Below are positions 13,279 to 25,260 of a stretch of DNA of 64,000 nucleotides, one piece after another. Positions within the stretch are counted from its first letter, which is position 1; each line of letters begins with the position of its first letter. This stretch comes from Octopus sinensis (taxonomy: Eukaryota). The position numbers and the translations under genes were made by a program. The stretch covers positions 5,456,001-5,520,000 of the forward strand of contig NC_043013.1 of the NCBI RefSeq assembly GCF_006345805.1, written 5' to 3'. The notes beneath the pieces were generated by a model that searched no databases, was not told where the DNA came from, and worked only from the letters and a program-made list of their open reading frames with translations.

Positions 13279-13500
13279 TTTCCAAGCATCAAACTAACAC
13301 ACGTGCTTGTGGTTCACACACCTGTCTTCGTCTTTTATTTTTCTATAGATTTCAACTATATATATATATATATATATAGTTCAAGTTTACAGATAATATA
13401 AAACGAAGACAGGTAAGGGAGTAACAAGCAGGTGTATTAGTTTGAGGCTCGGGAAGAATGGAACAGTCTAACTTTTTGAGCCTAGCTCTTCAACAGAAAG
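13279..13500. mobile_element. Tail-to-tail hairpin element with (TA)n loop and decayed hammerhead on minus strand
   Basis: Arms such as ACCTGTCTTCGT/ACGAAGACAGGT; minus strand 13496-13465 reads CTGTTGA-A-GAGC-TAG-GCTC-AAAA-AGTT-A. Confidence 0.5.
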
Positions 13501-13840
13501 GGTTGAAGGGGAAAAAAGGGAGAGAGAAAAAATGTGTAGGGATTAATGGTTCGAAAGAAGACCGTTATATATATGTATATATATCTATGTGTGTGTGTCT
13601 TTATGTCTGTGTTTGTCCCCCACCACCTCTTGTCAACCAGTGCTAGCATGTTTATGTCCTTGTAGCTCAACAGTTCTGCAAAAAAGGACCGATAGAATAA
13701 GTACTAAATTTTGAAAAATTTTGGGGTCGATACATTCGACTAAAAATTTTTCAAGGTAGTGCCCCAGCTTGGCTGCAGTCTAATGGCTGAAACAAGAAAA
13801 AGATATATATATATATATATACATATGTATGTATGTATAT

Positions 13841-14039
13841 ATAAATTAGAGAAAAAACACTATTATATAATTGAAACAATGATAGACGTAAATCATACCA
13901 TATAGAAAAAATAAAATATATGATAAAACATTTACCTAGATCACAATAAAGTACATAATATGTACTTTATTATGTACTTTATTGTGATCAAGGTAAATGT
14001 CTATCATTGTTTGAATTACATAATAGTGTTTTTTCTCTA

Positions 14040-14045
<6 letters not shown>
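13841..14045. mobile_element. Hairpin element embedded in (TA)n
   Basis: Outer arms of about 47 bp and inner arms of about 33 bp in inverted orientation, flanked by TA runs. Confidence 0.65.
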
Positions 14046-14076
<31 letters not shown>

Positions 14077-14412
14077 CATATATTGTGAAATTTGATTTAA
14101 TACTAAATTGAATTTTTCCCTGTAAGTTTGGAGTTATACTCCCTAATAATATTGTTATTATTATATATATATAACATCTTTTTATCTTTTACTTGTTTCA
14201 GTCATTTAGACTGTAGCCAAGCTGAGGCACTACCTTGAAGAATTTTAATTGAACGCATCAACTCTATGACTTATATTTTTAAACCTGGAACTTATTCTAC
14301 ATGTCTTCTATATTGAACCGCTAGGTTACAAGGATGTAAATACACCACCACCGGTTGTCAGGAAGTAGTGGTGGACAAACTCAAGCACAAGCACACACAG
14401 ATTATATATATA

Positions 14413-14647
14413 CAGGATGGCCCAGAAGTAGGTTTACCAGTTATCACGAAGGCACTTTAAATTTCTTTTGAAAGATTTTATTACATTTAAATTTCTATCT
14501 TACAAACGGAAAAGGGAGCTTGACAAAATTAACTAAATTAGCATAGAATAATGGTTTCATAATTTTTTTATAATTAAGATCTAAACTTAATATATGAATG
14601 CGAAAGAGAGAGTTGAATAACTGTAAACCTACTTTTGGGTCAACCTG
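14413..14647. mobile_element. Tc1/mariner-type MITE
   Basis: TA|CAGGATGGCCCAGAAGTAGGTTTAC ... GTAAACCTACTTTTGGGTCAACCTG|TA. Confidence 0.8.
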
Positions 14648-14689
14648 TATATATGTATAAGTATATGTATGTATGTATGTATGTATCTA

Positions 14690-14720
<31 letters not shown>

Positions 14721-14721
14721 T

Positions 14722-15008
14722 CCGACCAGACTATCAGATGTTGCTGCACATCGCTGGTCACAATGCGCTTTGCATTGTTTTAGCCTTCAAATGACGCCAC
14801 CCCGCTGGCTAAGCGAGCAGGCCAACAGAAGAAAGAGTGAGAGAAAGTTGTGGCGAAAGAGTACAGCAGAGACCGCCACCAATCCCTGCTGGAGCCTCGT
14901 GGAACTTTTAGGTATTTTCGCTCAATAAACACACACAACGCCCGGTCTGGGAATCGAAACCGCGATCCTATGACCACGAGTCCGCTGCCCTAACCACTGG
15001 GCCATTGC
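14722..15008 (-). mobile_element. tRNA-derived SINE (family C)
   Basis: Minus strand A-box TGGCCCAGTGG and B-box GGTTTCGATTCCC; A-rich tail. Confidence 0.8.
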
Positions 15009-15734
15009 GTATATATATATATATACGACAGGTTTTTTCCATTTTTGTCTATCAAATTACCCCCTAAGTTTTATTCAACCTGAGGTAATAGTAGAAGACA
15101 CTTGCTCAGTGGGATTGAACCAGGAATGATATGGTTGAGAAGCAAACTTCTTACCACACAGCCATGCCTGTGCCTATAGATAGATAGATAGATCAATAGA
15201 GAGAGAGGGAGAGAGAAAGCTATTTTGGCTAAAAGTCGTCATTCAATGGTCGAGGTAAATATCTGAAGCTTTAAGAAACGGAACTAGTAATTTAATAATC
15301 ACAGCATTTAATAATGAAAACACTTTGCAGATATGTCTAATATTTACAAGTCCACTCACACTATACTTAATCCCCAGCAAAAGGTAGGATTTATTCCTTT
15401 CTTATATAATGCTCAATACGTAACTCTTTCTGGTGTTTCAAACACACCACGTGACTGCAATGGCATTACACGCAATATATACAATGAGGTCGATTGGGAA
15501 GCACGTGACACTGCATCTGTGAAGCACGAAAGTTTTAAGCTATTTACTGAATTATGTAATAAGTTTTATATATTAGTATTTTGTTAATGAATTGGAAATC
15601 ACTTGGCTTTTATGTTGAATAATTAGTTCTTATAGATTTAGTGTGTGTAGACACTGCTTACTTAGTCTAGTTAAGTGGTTTGCACCTGGTAACACCTTCA
15701 GACCTCCAGTGAGCCCACACCATATTATTGATTT

Positions 15735-15809
15735 CAGCCTTTTCTGATGATTGCCAGAGTTATATGGTTATATAAACTCCTGGTATGAAACCCACTGGTA
15801 AAGTGGATG
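15735..15809 (+). ncRNA. Type-I hammerhead ribozyme motif
   Basis: CTGATGA (15744); helix II TGCCAG-GAGTT..AACTC-CTGGTA with U.U at its base; GAAA (15787); helix III ACC-CACT-GGT; GUA triplet (cleavage after 15800); imperfect helix I CAGCCTTTT/AAGTGGATG; AATATA then (TAA)n downstream. Confidence 0.7.
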
Positions 15810-15846
15810 ATTTGAGAATATACTATTTTAAAATAATAATAATAAT

Positions 15847-16112
15847 AAGCTGTTGTGGTCACTGAAAAAGGTGGTAGTAGTACCAATAATTGTTGGAGCC
15901 CTGGGAACAGTGAGTAAAAATCTTGAGAAGTACATGGAACAAATAGGGGCTGCAATAAGGGTGGAGCACTTGCAGAAAACAGCACTGCTTGGAACTGCTC
16001 GAATACTTCAGATGGTGCTTGAAAAATAAGAGGTGTTACCTTAGTTCACTAGTAGTGAACAGCTGACACCATAGTACATCTCTAGCATTAGAAGCTGTGA
16101 AAAGAGTATAAA
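15847..16112 (+). mobile_element. 5'-truncated R4/Dong-like non-LTR element (RLE C-terminus)
   Basis: LWSLKKVVVVPIIVGALGTVSKNLEKY...LQKTALLGTARILQMVLEK*; (TAA)n on both sides. Confidence 0.8.
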
Positions 16113-16368
16113 AATAATAATAATAATAATAATAATACTCCTTTCTACTATAGGCACAAGGCCTGAAATTTTGGGGGAAGGGACTAGTCGATTACATTCA
16201 CTGGTACTTAATTTATTGACCCAGAAAGGTTGAAAGGCAAAGTGAACCTCAGCAGAATTTGAACTCAGGATGTAAAGATGGACGAAAGGCCACAAAGCAT
16301 TTCACCCAGCATGCTAATGATTCTACCAGCTCACCACCTTAATAATAATAATAATAATAATAATCCTT

Positions 16369-17200
16369 TCTGCAGAATTATGGACCTCTATATCTGACTC
16401 CAAGAAAACGAACATTGGAGTATCTGCATGCTGTACCTTGAAGAACAGACGCAAGAGAGGTAAGCCCTGTTCATTGTGCAACAACATGAGTCAAGTGAAT
16501 TCCATCAGGAATCATAACAGAAATGTTATGATTTATACAGAAGGTGGAACATGTAGAGATTCCCATTTGGTGTACGCTGCAGAATGCACAAAACACAATT
16601 TATGTTGGTTGTACAACAGAACAATTAAACAAAAGGTTTAATGGGCACAGATTCGACGTCAGGCACAATAACAGCAGTTTGACAGAACTTGCTGAACATT
16701 TCATTTCAAGCGCTTGCAATTTTGAAGAAGACTTGAAAGCGCATATTCTCAGAAAATATTCTGAATCTACTTCGCTTTCACTTCTCAGAATGTATGAGGA
16801 AAAATATGTTTGCGGGTTATTAACATCACGCCCTGGAGGAATGAATAAAATGACAGGAGAATATCCTCAAATTTATACAAAACTGTTTGATTAAATATTC
16901 TTCTTTCTTTCTTTTTCTTTCCTTTTTTTCTGTCGTCTTCTTTTTTCTGTCTTTTTCTTTTCGCCTGTTATAAAATTGTAACTTAAAAACTGATGATGTC
17001 ATTCCAACAACGTGTGGATACTGGTTGCTCTCGTTCATACCTTACGTTTAAATTTCTGTAATTTTGAATTTTTATCACTTCTTATTTTGAACTTGACAAA
17101 GACAGACGTACTGTTGAAATATCGTTCAACTAATAAAATATCTTACAATCGAATTGTACTCTTTGTCTTGACTGTTTATCTTTGTGTTACATCAATCCTT
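16369..17200 (+). mobile_element. Penelope-like element 3' fragment (C-terminal GIY-YIG endonuclease plus pseudo-LTR)
   Basis: KPCSLC...CRDSHLVYAAECTKHN/IYVGCTTEQLNKRFNGH...ELAEHF with one frameshift near 16600; stop at 16894; hammerhead relic and AATAAA downstream; (TAA)n on both sides. Confidence 0.85.
17087..17129 (+). ncRNA. Decayed minimal type-I hammerhead in PLE 3' region
   Basis: TTGAAC-TTGACAA-A-GACAG-ACGTA-CTGTT-GAAA-TAT-C-GTTCAA; perfect 6-bp helix I, palindromic ATAT helix III, core C3>U and G8>A; AATAAA at 17132. Confidence 0.65.
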
Positions 17201-17206
17201 TTTAAA

Positions 17207-17239
<33 letters not shown>

Positions 17240-17241
<2 letters not shown>

Positions 17242-18350
17242 GTCGCTCCTGTTTTTTTTCAATGGATGGATGTTTGAAGTAGAGGACTTAAAGCTAAAGA
17301 GAGTAATAGAAAAAAAAAAACGCTAAGAAGCTGCATCTATTTGCATTGGATGCATGAATGCAGTCTGAGTCCAGGAATGGATTTTGCTGTGAAGTCGCAA
17401 TGGAGACATTTGAATGATTTCGATTTTGCCTGCAGTTGGGCAAGTGTGTCTGTTGGTTGCAGGATATAATTTTTCTGTTGTTCTTTTTCTTCATCTCAAA
17501 TTGTTTGGAGACATCGTGACACATTTTATGCCACACTGATCGATCTACACAATGACTCTCCCGAGATGTCAGGTTAAGCTGTTGAGATTTTAGTGATTGC
17601 TTCAACTTATCCTTACACCCAAAGACAGGTCTTCCTTTGTCGCAATATATTCTCCACTTGTTAGTTATACAGAAGAATTTTGGGAATGCTATCATTTTTC
17701 ATTTCATTTGAACAACATGTCCTACCCATCCGCACTGAATTCTCATCAGCATGCTTTGGATACTGGAGATATCACATTTTGCTAAGATTCTGGCATTGGA
17801 TATCCTATCTTGCCATTTTATGTAGCATATGTTACACAAACAGTACATGTGAAAGGTTTCAAGTTTCTTTATAGTCTGTAGTAAGGAGTCCATGCTTCTG
17901 TCTCACATACAAGTGTGCTCAAAATACAAGATTGTATACACTTATTTTAGTTTTCAGACCAACATCGTGTTAATCTCACAAACGATGGGAAAGTTTTCCA
18001 AAAGCACTTATAGCCTTAGATATTCTAACATTTATTTCATCGTCAAGAGGACTCTTGAAGTTTACTGTATTTCCAAGATATTTAAATGACTTGACCCATT
18101 TGAGTGGCTTGTTGTCTATCATCACGTTTCAGTTTTGAGTTTGTCCTGCCTCAGGCCTTGGTTGGAATTAAACTTCAGTTTTCTTGATGATGACAGTCAG
18201 TCCAAATGCACGAGCTCCTGCATCCAACCTGTTGACCATTTCCTGAATTCCCTGAATATGTGTGAGAAATCAAAGCATAACCATCAACAAACAGACTCTC
18301 CTGCAGGACCTCTTCCTTGGTCTTTCTCATTGATCTGAAACTCTGCCCTT
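17240..18350 (-). mobile_element. Decayed RTE LINE (RT and C-terminus)
   Basis: FGLTVIIKKTEV, FKYLG, AFGKL, LETFHMYCL..IKWQDRISN, WVGHVVQM, DRSVW motifs with stops and frameshifts. Confidence 0.9.
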
Positions 18351-20180
18351 TCAGCTTTAATAGACCTCCTCTGTGCGAAACCGGAATTTTACACCTTCAT
18401 GGTAACCCTAACCCTAACCCTGAAAATCATGTTGGTGCATCATTGAAAAGAATATGGAAAATAGTAGAAGGACTAAAACACATTCCTGTTTGGTTCTAGT
18501 GGCAACAGAAAATGCCTCTGAACATTCACTACAAAATATTACTTTTGCCATCATTCTTTTATGTGGGGATACTGTAAATTTTTGTAGTGGTCCAAATGAG
18601 CGTTTTAACTCTCATTTCTAGTGGATAGGCACTTTAATGTGTCCTTATGGTTAATATAATTTTACTTCTATAGTTATATAATGCTTATTTAGGACTGCAA
18701 CCACCCATACTAATATTGTTGTTATTATAAAACTATTTGTATTGTCTTCGATAATAATAACAATATTAATATCTATATAAGTATAGTGAGTTGGTCACTA
18801 CTTCAATGAAAGATCCACTGATCACCATAAGAAAACGATTGCATGTGATATGATGAGAAAATGTTCATGGAGAGGTGGTAGCTTGTTGATAACTGCGTCT
18901 GTGTGTTCGTTCAATAGTAATTGGTATACAGAGACAGATGGACAGAACTCAACTTGCTCAATAGTAAAGTTTATTCACAGCAGTGGGTTAAGTATAATGT
19001 AAATGCCTTGTATAAGATTTCTGTAAAGAAGTTGTGTTTTACAGAGATGTCTATAGTGTGATAGCGGTGAATGAATGCGTGAAGACATTAGATGTACTTT
19101 GTGTATAGAGAAAGGGACTTGATAGAAATGTTTCTAGAAAACATGAGAGATAACAGCATTGAGTTTGGTCGATACTGCTGGCGCACGTAGTCAAAGAATT
19201 GTTCTTGTGTTAGAAATGTCAGCACAAATGCAATAGAACCAAGCCACAAGCTGGGAGCCCTTAGAGAAAGGAAGTGAAGGAACTCAATTAAACATGGCCA
19301 CAGCCACATTTATATAAGTGACTATCGGACGTAGTAGAGGGAACCTGTTTATTTGGCCAATCACAGACCAGACAGAGCTGAAAACTTATTGTATTGTTTG
19401 AGCCTACTTTGAGATTAAAAATATATGTGTTAAACTAATGCTAGTACAGACATGCTACATAAATATTCGCTTCTGAATATTTCTGCTGCTGGTATATATA
19501 TATATATATATACTTTCATCTATCAGAAATATATTTTGTTTTTAACTAGCAGAGTTATATATATATATATACTTTCATCTATCAGAAATATATTTTGTTT
19601 TTAACTAGCAGAGAGTCTTGCTGGAATTGCACCAGTCTTAACTTTTGTAGTGCTTAAGAAAAAAAAACAACTTTTAAATCAAACCTTTTTTTGTCCTCAT
19701 TTTCTTAATCATTAATCTACAATTTCAACAAAGATGGCTAAGAACTAAGAAGCTATGGTTATGTAAGTCACTTTGCAATCATGTAGTTTACGGTTCAGTC
19801 CCACTGTGTAGCACTTTGGACAAGTGTTTTCCACTATAGTCCCAGGCTGACCAATGCTTTGTGAGTGAATTTAGTTGATGGAAACTGTGTGGAAACCCGT
19901 CAAATACATGAGCATATGGTGATGTATCTGTCTTTACATTTGTCCCTCTCAACTACTTGACAACCAGTGTTAGTCTGTTTACCTCCCTGTAACGTAGCGG
20001 TATGTATGTGTGCGTGTGTGTGTATGTGTTATTGTGTTTGTATTTGTCCACCACCATCGCTTGCCAACTGGTGTCAGTTTCTGTATGTCCCAGTAAGAAT
20101 AAGTACCAGGCTTACAAAAAAAGAAAAGAAAGAAATAAGTACTAGAGTCGATTTTTTCCGGCTAAAAAAATCCAAAGCAA

Positions 20181-21000
20181 GGATCTTTTCCTTTTGAACA
20201 GCACTTTTCAACACAATTTCTAGTTAACTAAACACTTTAAAACTCCGTATACTGGTAGAATGTGTCAAAATAAAACATTTTTTTTTCTTGGCTTTCTTGA
20301 GAAAATTGTAATTTGTTTGTTTAACGTAGTTTAATTTTTCGAATTTTGACCAATCTGTTTTCAGACCAACATCGTGTTAATCTCACAAACGATGGGAAAG
20401 TTTTCCAAAAGCACTTATAGCCTTAGATATTCTAACATTTATTTCATCGTCAATATTTAGCTAAAATCATTTGCTGCATCTAAAACAGACAACATCCTGT
20501 CACTAATCTTCACCCTAACCCTAAATTTTAGCCTTTCGGTTATTTTTAAATTGTTAAATTAATTTAAGGATAACAATTAAGAAAAAAAAAAAACGAAAGG
20601 CTAAAACGAAAGCAATGGAAAATAATTTTAATTTAACAATTAAGAAAAAAAAAACGAAAGCAAAAACTCAAAACAAAACGAATAATTTTAGACACATGCG
20701 TAACAATTAAATTAACAATTAAGAAAAAAAAAACGAAAGGCTAAAATTTAGGGTTAGGGTTAGTGACAGGATGTTGTCTCAGTTTTTAGACGCAGCAAAT
20801 GATTTTAGCTCAATAGAGGCCTTAGGATTGGTTAAAATTCGAAAAATTAAACTACGTTAAACTTACAAATTACAATTTTCTCAAGAAAGCCAAGAGAAAA
20901 AAATGTTTTATTTTGACACATTCTACCAGTATACGAAGTTTAAAAGTGTTTAGTTAACTAGAAATTGTGTTGAAAAGTGCCGTTCAAAAGGAAAAGATCA
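20181..21000. mobile_element. Foldback MITE (GGATCTTTT-TIR family) inserted in a SINE A tail
   Basis: Long inverted arms, internal AACAATTAAGAAAA repeats and TTAGGG units; contains a 97-bp copy of 17950-18046. Confidence 0.85.
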
Positions 21001-21654
21001 TAAGGCAGTGCTCTAGCATGGCCGTCGTCCAATGATCAGAAACAAAAGATCAAAGCTAAATCTTATAGACGAGATGATCTCAGTTGGAACAGTCCAGTCA
21101 CAGATCAGTCCGGTGAAGGTTGGCCTTGAACTAAAACAACAACAGCGGCGACGACGATGATGTCCACAATAACAACAACAAAAGCAATATCGATAGAAAG
21201 GCATCCAAACATCTACTCAAATCCAAACGTACTCAAATCTATGTTATTATAAGTATTTTTAAGCCATCATTTTATAAATAATACTTTCTCTGATATCATT
21301 AAATCGATATAAAGTCAATACGAAAACACTATCTTTTTAATGTATTTTAGCCATAAGCCTTTTACGTTCATATATCGAAATATCAATTTGTGTCTTTCTC
21401 TACAACCAACAACTTCCATCTTATACTTCCTCAAGTAACACACACAACCCGACAAATACACAAACTCTCTCTCTCTCTCTCACACACACTCACAAGACCT
21501 CATAAACTCCGTCTAGTTTATAATTCTACTTCCTATTAATATATGTTTGTGTCCCATATTTTCCAAACTCAACGAAAGGAAATTAATTTAACGAACTCGA
21601 CGAACGCCGAAATTGATCACGTTTTTACTACTACTATTCACAATAATGATGACG

Positions 21655-22475
21655 ATGGGCAGAAACGTTAGCACGCCGGACGAAATGCTTAGCGTTATTT
21701 CGTCTGCCGTTACGTTCTGAGTTCAAATTCCGCCGAGGTCGACTTTGCCTTTCATCCTTTCGAGGTCGATAAATTAAGTACCAGTTACGCACTGGGGGCA
21801 ATGTAATCGACTTAATACCTATGTCTGTCCTTGTTTGTCCCGGTTTGTATCTAGTAGACATTTCCGTCGATTTCCGTAAAAATTTTTTTTTTACATATGG
21901 GCTTGCGGGAACTTTTGAAGTAATATACATACATATACACATACACCGAGTAAAAAATTTCAGTTATCTCTTTCTTTCACACATTACTCTGTCTCTTCAC
22001 ACACACTAACAGAAGCACTTCACTTACACAACATACTGTCTGTCTCCCACACCCCATCAAACACACGCGCACACACACACATGTACATCAATGCTTCACA
22101 TGCACGGTAACTTCAAAAGAACTTCCCTCGTCATACAATCGCTTTCTCTTAGTCTCTTTCGCTTTCATTACTTCAAAAGTTCCCGCAAGCCCATATGTAA
22201 AAAAAAAAAATTTTTTACGGAAATCGACGGAAAGGTCTACTAGAGACGAAAGATTGCCTTTGTCCCTTCTATGTTTAGCCCCTTGTGGGTAATAAAGAAA
22301 TGGGTATTTCGTCTGCCGTTACGTTGTGAGTTCAAATTCCGCCGAGGTCGACTTTGCTTTTCATCCTTTCGGGGTCGATAAATTAAGTACCAGTTACGCA
22401 CTGGGTCGATGTAATCGACTTAACCCGTTTGTCTGTCCTTGTTTGTCCCTTCTGTGTTTAGCCCCTTGTGCGCAA
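21655..22475 (+). mobile_element. SINE family B copies (Meta-domain-like core), the first interrupted by a MITE
   Basis: GAGGTCGACTTTGCCTTTCATCCTTTCGGGGTCGATAAATTAAGTACCAG core, resembling the MetaSINE domain as I recall it. Confidence 0.85.
21842..22258. mobile_element. MITE, same family as 6107-6545
   Basis: TIR CTAGTAGAC.TTTCCGTCGATTTCCGTAAAAA; GG..CC termini; exact 8-bp TSD TTTGTCCC. Confidence 0.85.
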
Positions 22476-22647
22476 TAAAAAAAAAAGGTATAGCTTTCTT
22501 AAGCTATACGCAAACAAACCAGTGGAGACGAGAAACATTTATCAAAGGTTTATTACTTTACGTAGATCAGGGCTTAAGTCGTCATTTATTTCTGTTTAGT
22601 TCACTCAGATTCGTTTCACACTCACTGTTGACATTCTTTTGTTTTCC

Positions 22648-23063
22648 GGATCTTTTCCGTTTGAACGGCAGTTTTTAAAAATAATTTCCACGTAACTAAA
22701 CACTTGTAAACTTCGTATACTGGTAGAATGTGTTTATAAAACATCTTTTTCTCTTGGCTTTATTGAGAAAATTCTATAGTTTGTAAGATATTTGGGTTTT
22801 TTTTCTTCAATTTCTGCAATTTCAACCAATCAATGACGTCTATTGAGGTGAAAACATTCTGTGCCGTATGAATATGTCCCTCGTTTAAGAAACAGATTGG
22901 GTTTATTTACATTTCTGAAGAAAAAAAGATACCATTCCCCCCACCCCTAACCCTAACCCTAAAACAGATTGAAATGCAATAGATCGATACTAGGGTCATA
23001 ATTATGGGTGACAATTTCGTATCACACCGCTAGAAAAAACTGTCGGTCAAACCGAAAAGATCC
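22648..23063. mobile_element. MITE (GGATCTTTT-TIR family)
   Basis: TIRs GGATCTTTTCCGTTTGAACGGCAG / CTGTCGGTCAAACCGAAAAGATCC; exact 8-bp TSD TGTTTTCC; internal CCCTAA units. Confidence 0.9.
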
Positions 23064-23225
23064 TGTTTTCCTTCTCCTCCCGGAAGTCCCTTTTCTTTTG
23101 CTGCTGACCAACTTCCCAGTTAGCTCGCAGAGAAGTTTCTGTCTACAGTTCGTCTGTCAGGAATCCTGTCCTACAATGGCAATGATTTTTATTGGCCACA
23201 AGGGCGCTTGATATTGAGGACAATA

Positions 23226-23523
23226 AAGAATGCTGGCACTCCGTTCGTTACGACGACGAGAGTTCCAGTTGATCTGATCAACGGAATGGCCTGCTCATGA
23301 AATTAACGTGCAAAAGGCTGAGCACTCTTAATGTAGTTCTCAGGGAGATTCAACGTGACAGAGAATGTGACAAAGCCGGCTCCTTTGAATTACAAGTACA
23401 TCTCATTTTTACAAGCTGAAATAAAGTGTCTTGCTCAAGGACACAGCGTGACGCTGGGAATCGAACTAACGACCTTACGATCGTGAACTAATGCTCCCTA
23501 ATCACTAAGCCACGTGCCTTCAC
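23226..23523 (-). mobile_element. tRNA-derived SINE (family E)
   Basis: Minus-strand A and B boxes; 13-bp TSD ATTGAGGACAATA. Confidence 0.85.
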
Positions 23524-23675
23524 ATTGAGGACAATATCAAAGGACGAAATACAGCACAAAATGAGAGGTTTGCATCGATCCAAAGTTTCCTCACACTTCC
23601 CCGACTCCGGGATAAAGTTATAATGGAAGAAAGGGTTTTAGGATACTTTTGGGTTATCTTCTATTATAATTATTC

Positions 23676-23964
23676 TGTTGATTCAAGGAGCTGGAAATAC
23701 GAAGAATGAAGTTCTCAGGCGGAGTAAATTCAATAACCGTTTATTCACAGGTGCTTCGTACAAGAGGTTTGCTTTCGGTAACCATCTTTACAGTTGTGTG
23801 TAGTTAGCCTTCTCTCCCATACACGTGAGGTTCAATAACCTCTGGAGACAATGCGTGTGGTATCACAGCGGGATAAAAGTCCGCTGTGAGCTCCTGGCTT
23901 CGAAACTGGGTTCTTTGTGCCTCGCTTCAAAGTCACAAGTAGAGAAGCATTTGTTTTGGTTACA
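23676..23964 (-). mobile_element. Probable solo LTR
   Basis: TGT...ACA termini, 5-bp TSD TATTC/CATTC, AATAAA near the minus-strand 3' end. Confidence 0.5.
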
Positions 23965-24519
23965 CATTCACACCAGGCTGTTTTTTTCCCCTCCACTAAC
24001 GGATTATATTTCTGGTTTCCTTCTTGTTGGTAATAAAAACAAACGTGGAATTTTTTATATTGTTTTCCCCGTTAGAATTTTGGTTAATATTGAATATGTA
24101 TGTCATATGCAATATGTATTTACATTTGAAAATTGCATTTATTTCTGTGTACTTTTTACAAAAATTATAAATATCTGCGATATCTTGTTTACTTCTCGAT
24201 TGTGCCTTTATTTATGTTAGTTGCTGTGTTTGTGCATAAATATCTGGAAAAATATTGCGGCGAAAGAAAAAAAAATATTTGTATGGTGAATTAGTCATTT
24301 TTTCCACCAACAGGGAAAAAATTCCAGCTGTAGTCAAACTTACATCTCTCTGTGAGTATAATGCGCTCGATCACACGAGAGACCATTATAAGAAATTTGC
24401 CGATTCAGGTTCGAATCTACTCTATGCCCAAGCGAAGTCACTACAGATATATTGGGCTTCGTATATTTGTACCCCAGTGTCACTTTGATGGCATGCGTTG
24501 CTCTCTCACTCAATAATTA

Positions 24520-24710
24520 TAATTGACCCCAATGCTCCAACGACAACAGAGGCAATCTTTATGTTTGACTCTCGTAGCTTCCACATCTTGACAATCTCAA
24601 TTCTCAGGTCTCCATGTTTATCAATCTTTTTTTCTTTTTCATGATAATATGATGATCTCCTGGCACTGCCACATCAATTATTAGGTACTCTTGTGATGTC
24701 GAACGTGCGT
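24520..24710 (-). mobile_element. R4/Dong-like RLE endonuclease fragment
   Basis: EYLIIDVAVPGDHHIIMK.. followed by frameshifted VVGALGSI-like sequence. Confidence 0.7.
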
Positions 24711-24886
24711 TGTCTTCATCTCGTGTTTCTGCGGCTGTAATCGACTTTTTGCGACAGGTTTTAAACTTAGACACAAGGAGGGCAATTTTGAAAAGAAAGC
24801 GTTGGTCCATTCCGTCGACCCATTTACTTAATTAGTACTTTAATTTGTCGACTTCGAAAGGATGTGTGGCAGTGATTCGAAACTGG

Positions 24887-25260
24887 TTGGTTGGTTGGTT
24901 GGCATCCTTTCTGTCTCGGGAGACAATGGAGTTGCGCATAAAGTAGTCTAGTCCGGCTTTTATATTTCATGTCCTGATACATTTCCTGCTGTGGCTGTGT
25001 AGTCCTATCCTGGACAAACACTCCATCTGGCAGGTACTGCAAATGTAGCGAAGACTGTTCCTGGCTGGTTGTAATGCCATAGTCTCTTGTTGACGTCTCT
25101 TCCTTTCTTTCCATTTCTCCTCTCTGTCTCTGTCACTCCTTTGTATTCCCTCTTTTACGGTACGTCGCCATTCTCCACGCTTGCTGGCAACTGCCTCCCA
25201 ACCGCTAATATTGATGTTGCAGGCCTTCATGTCCCTTTTGCAAACATCCTTGTAACGTAA
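24887..25260 (-). mobile_element. 5'-truncated RTE LINE
   Basis: LRYKDVCKRDMKAC..WEAVASKRGEWR..CSTCQMECLSRIGLHSHSRKC; (CCAA)n tail. Confidence 0.9.

Noticed and set aside
14940-15008. tRNA genes
   Set aside because: A/B boxes here and elsewhere are SINE heads; there is no complete cloverleaf.
19495-19613. Tandem duplication of about 58 bp beginning in (TA)n
   Set aside because: Real in the sequence but likely slippage or an assembly overlap at a microsatellite.
21494-21620. Minus-strand first exon (ATGAGGTCTT|gtgagt)
   Set aside because: Fits the CpG pattern, but no compatible downstream exon was identified.
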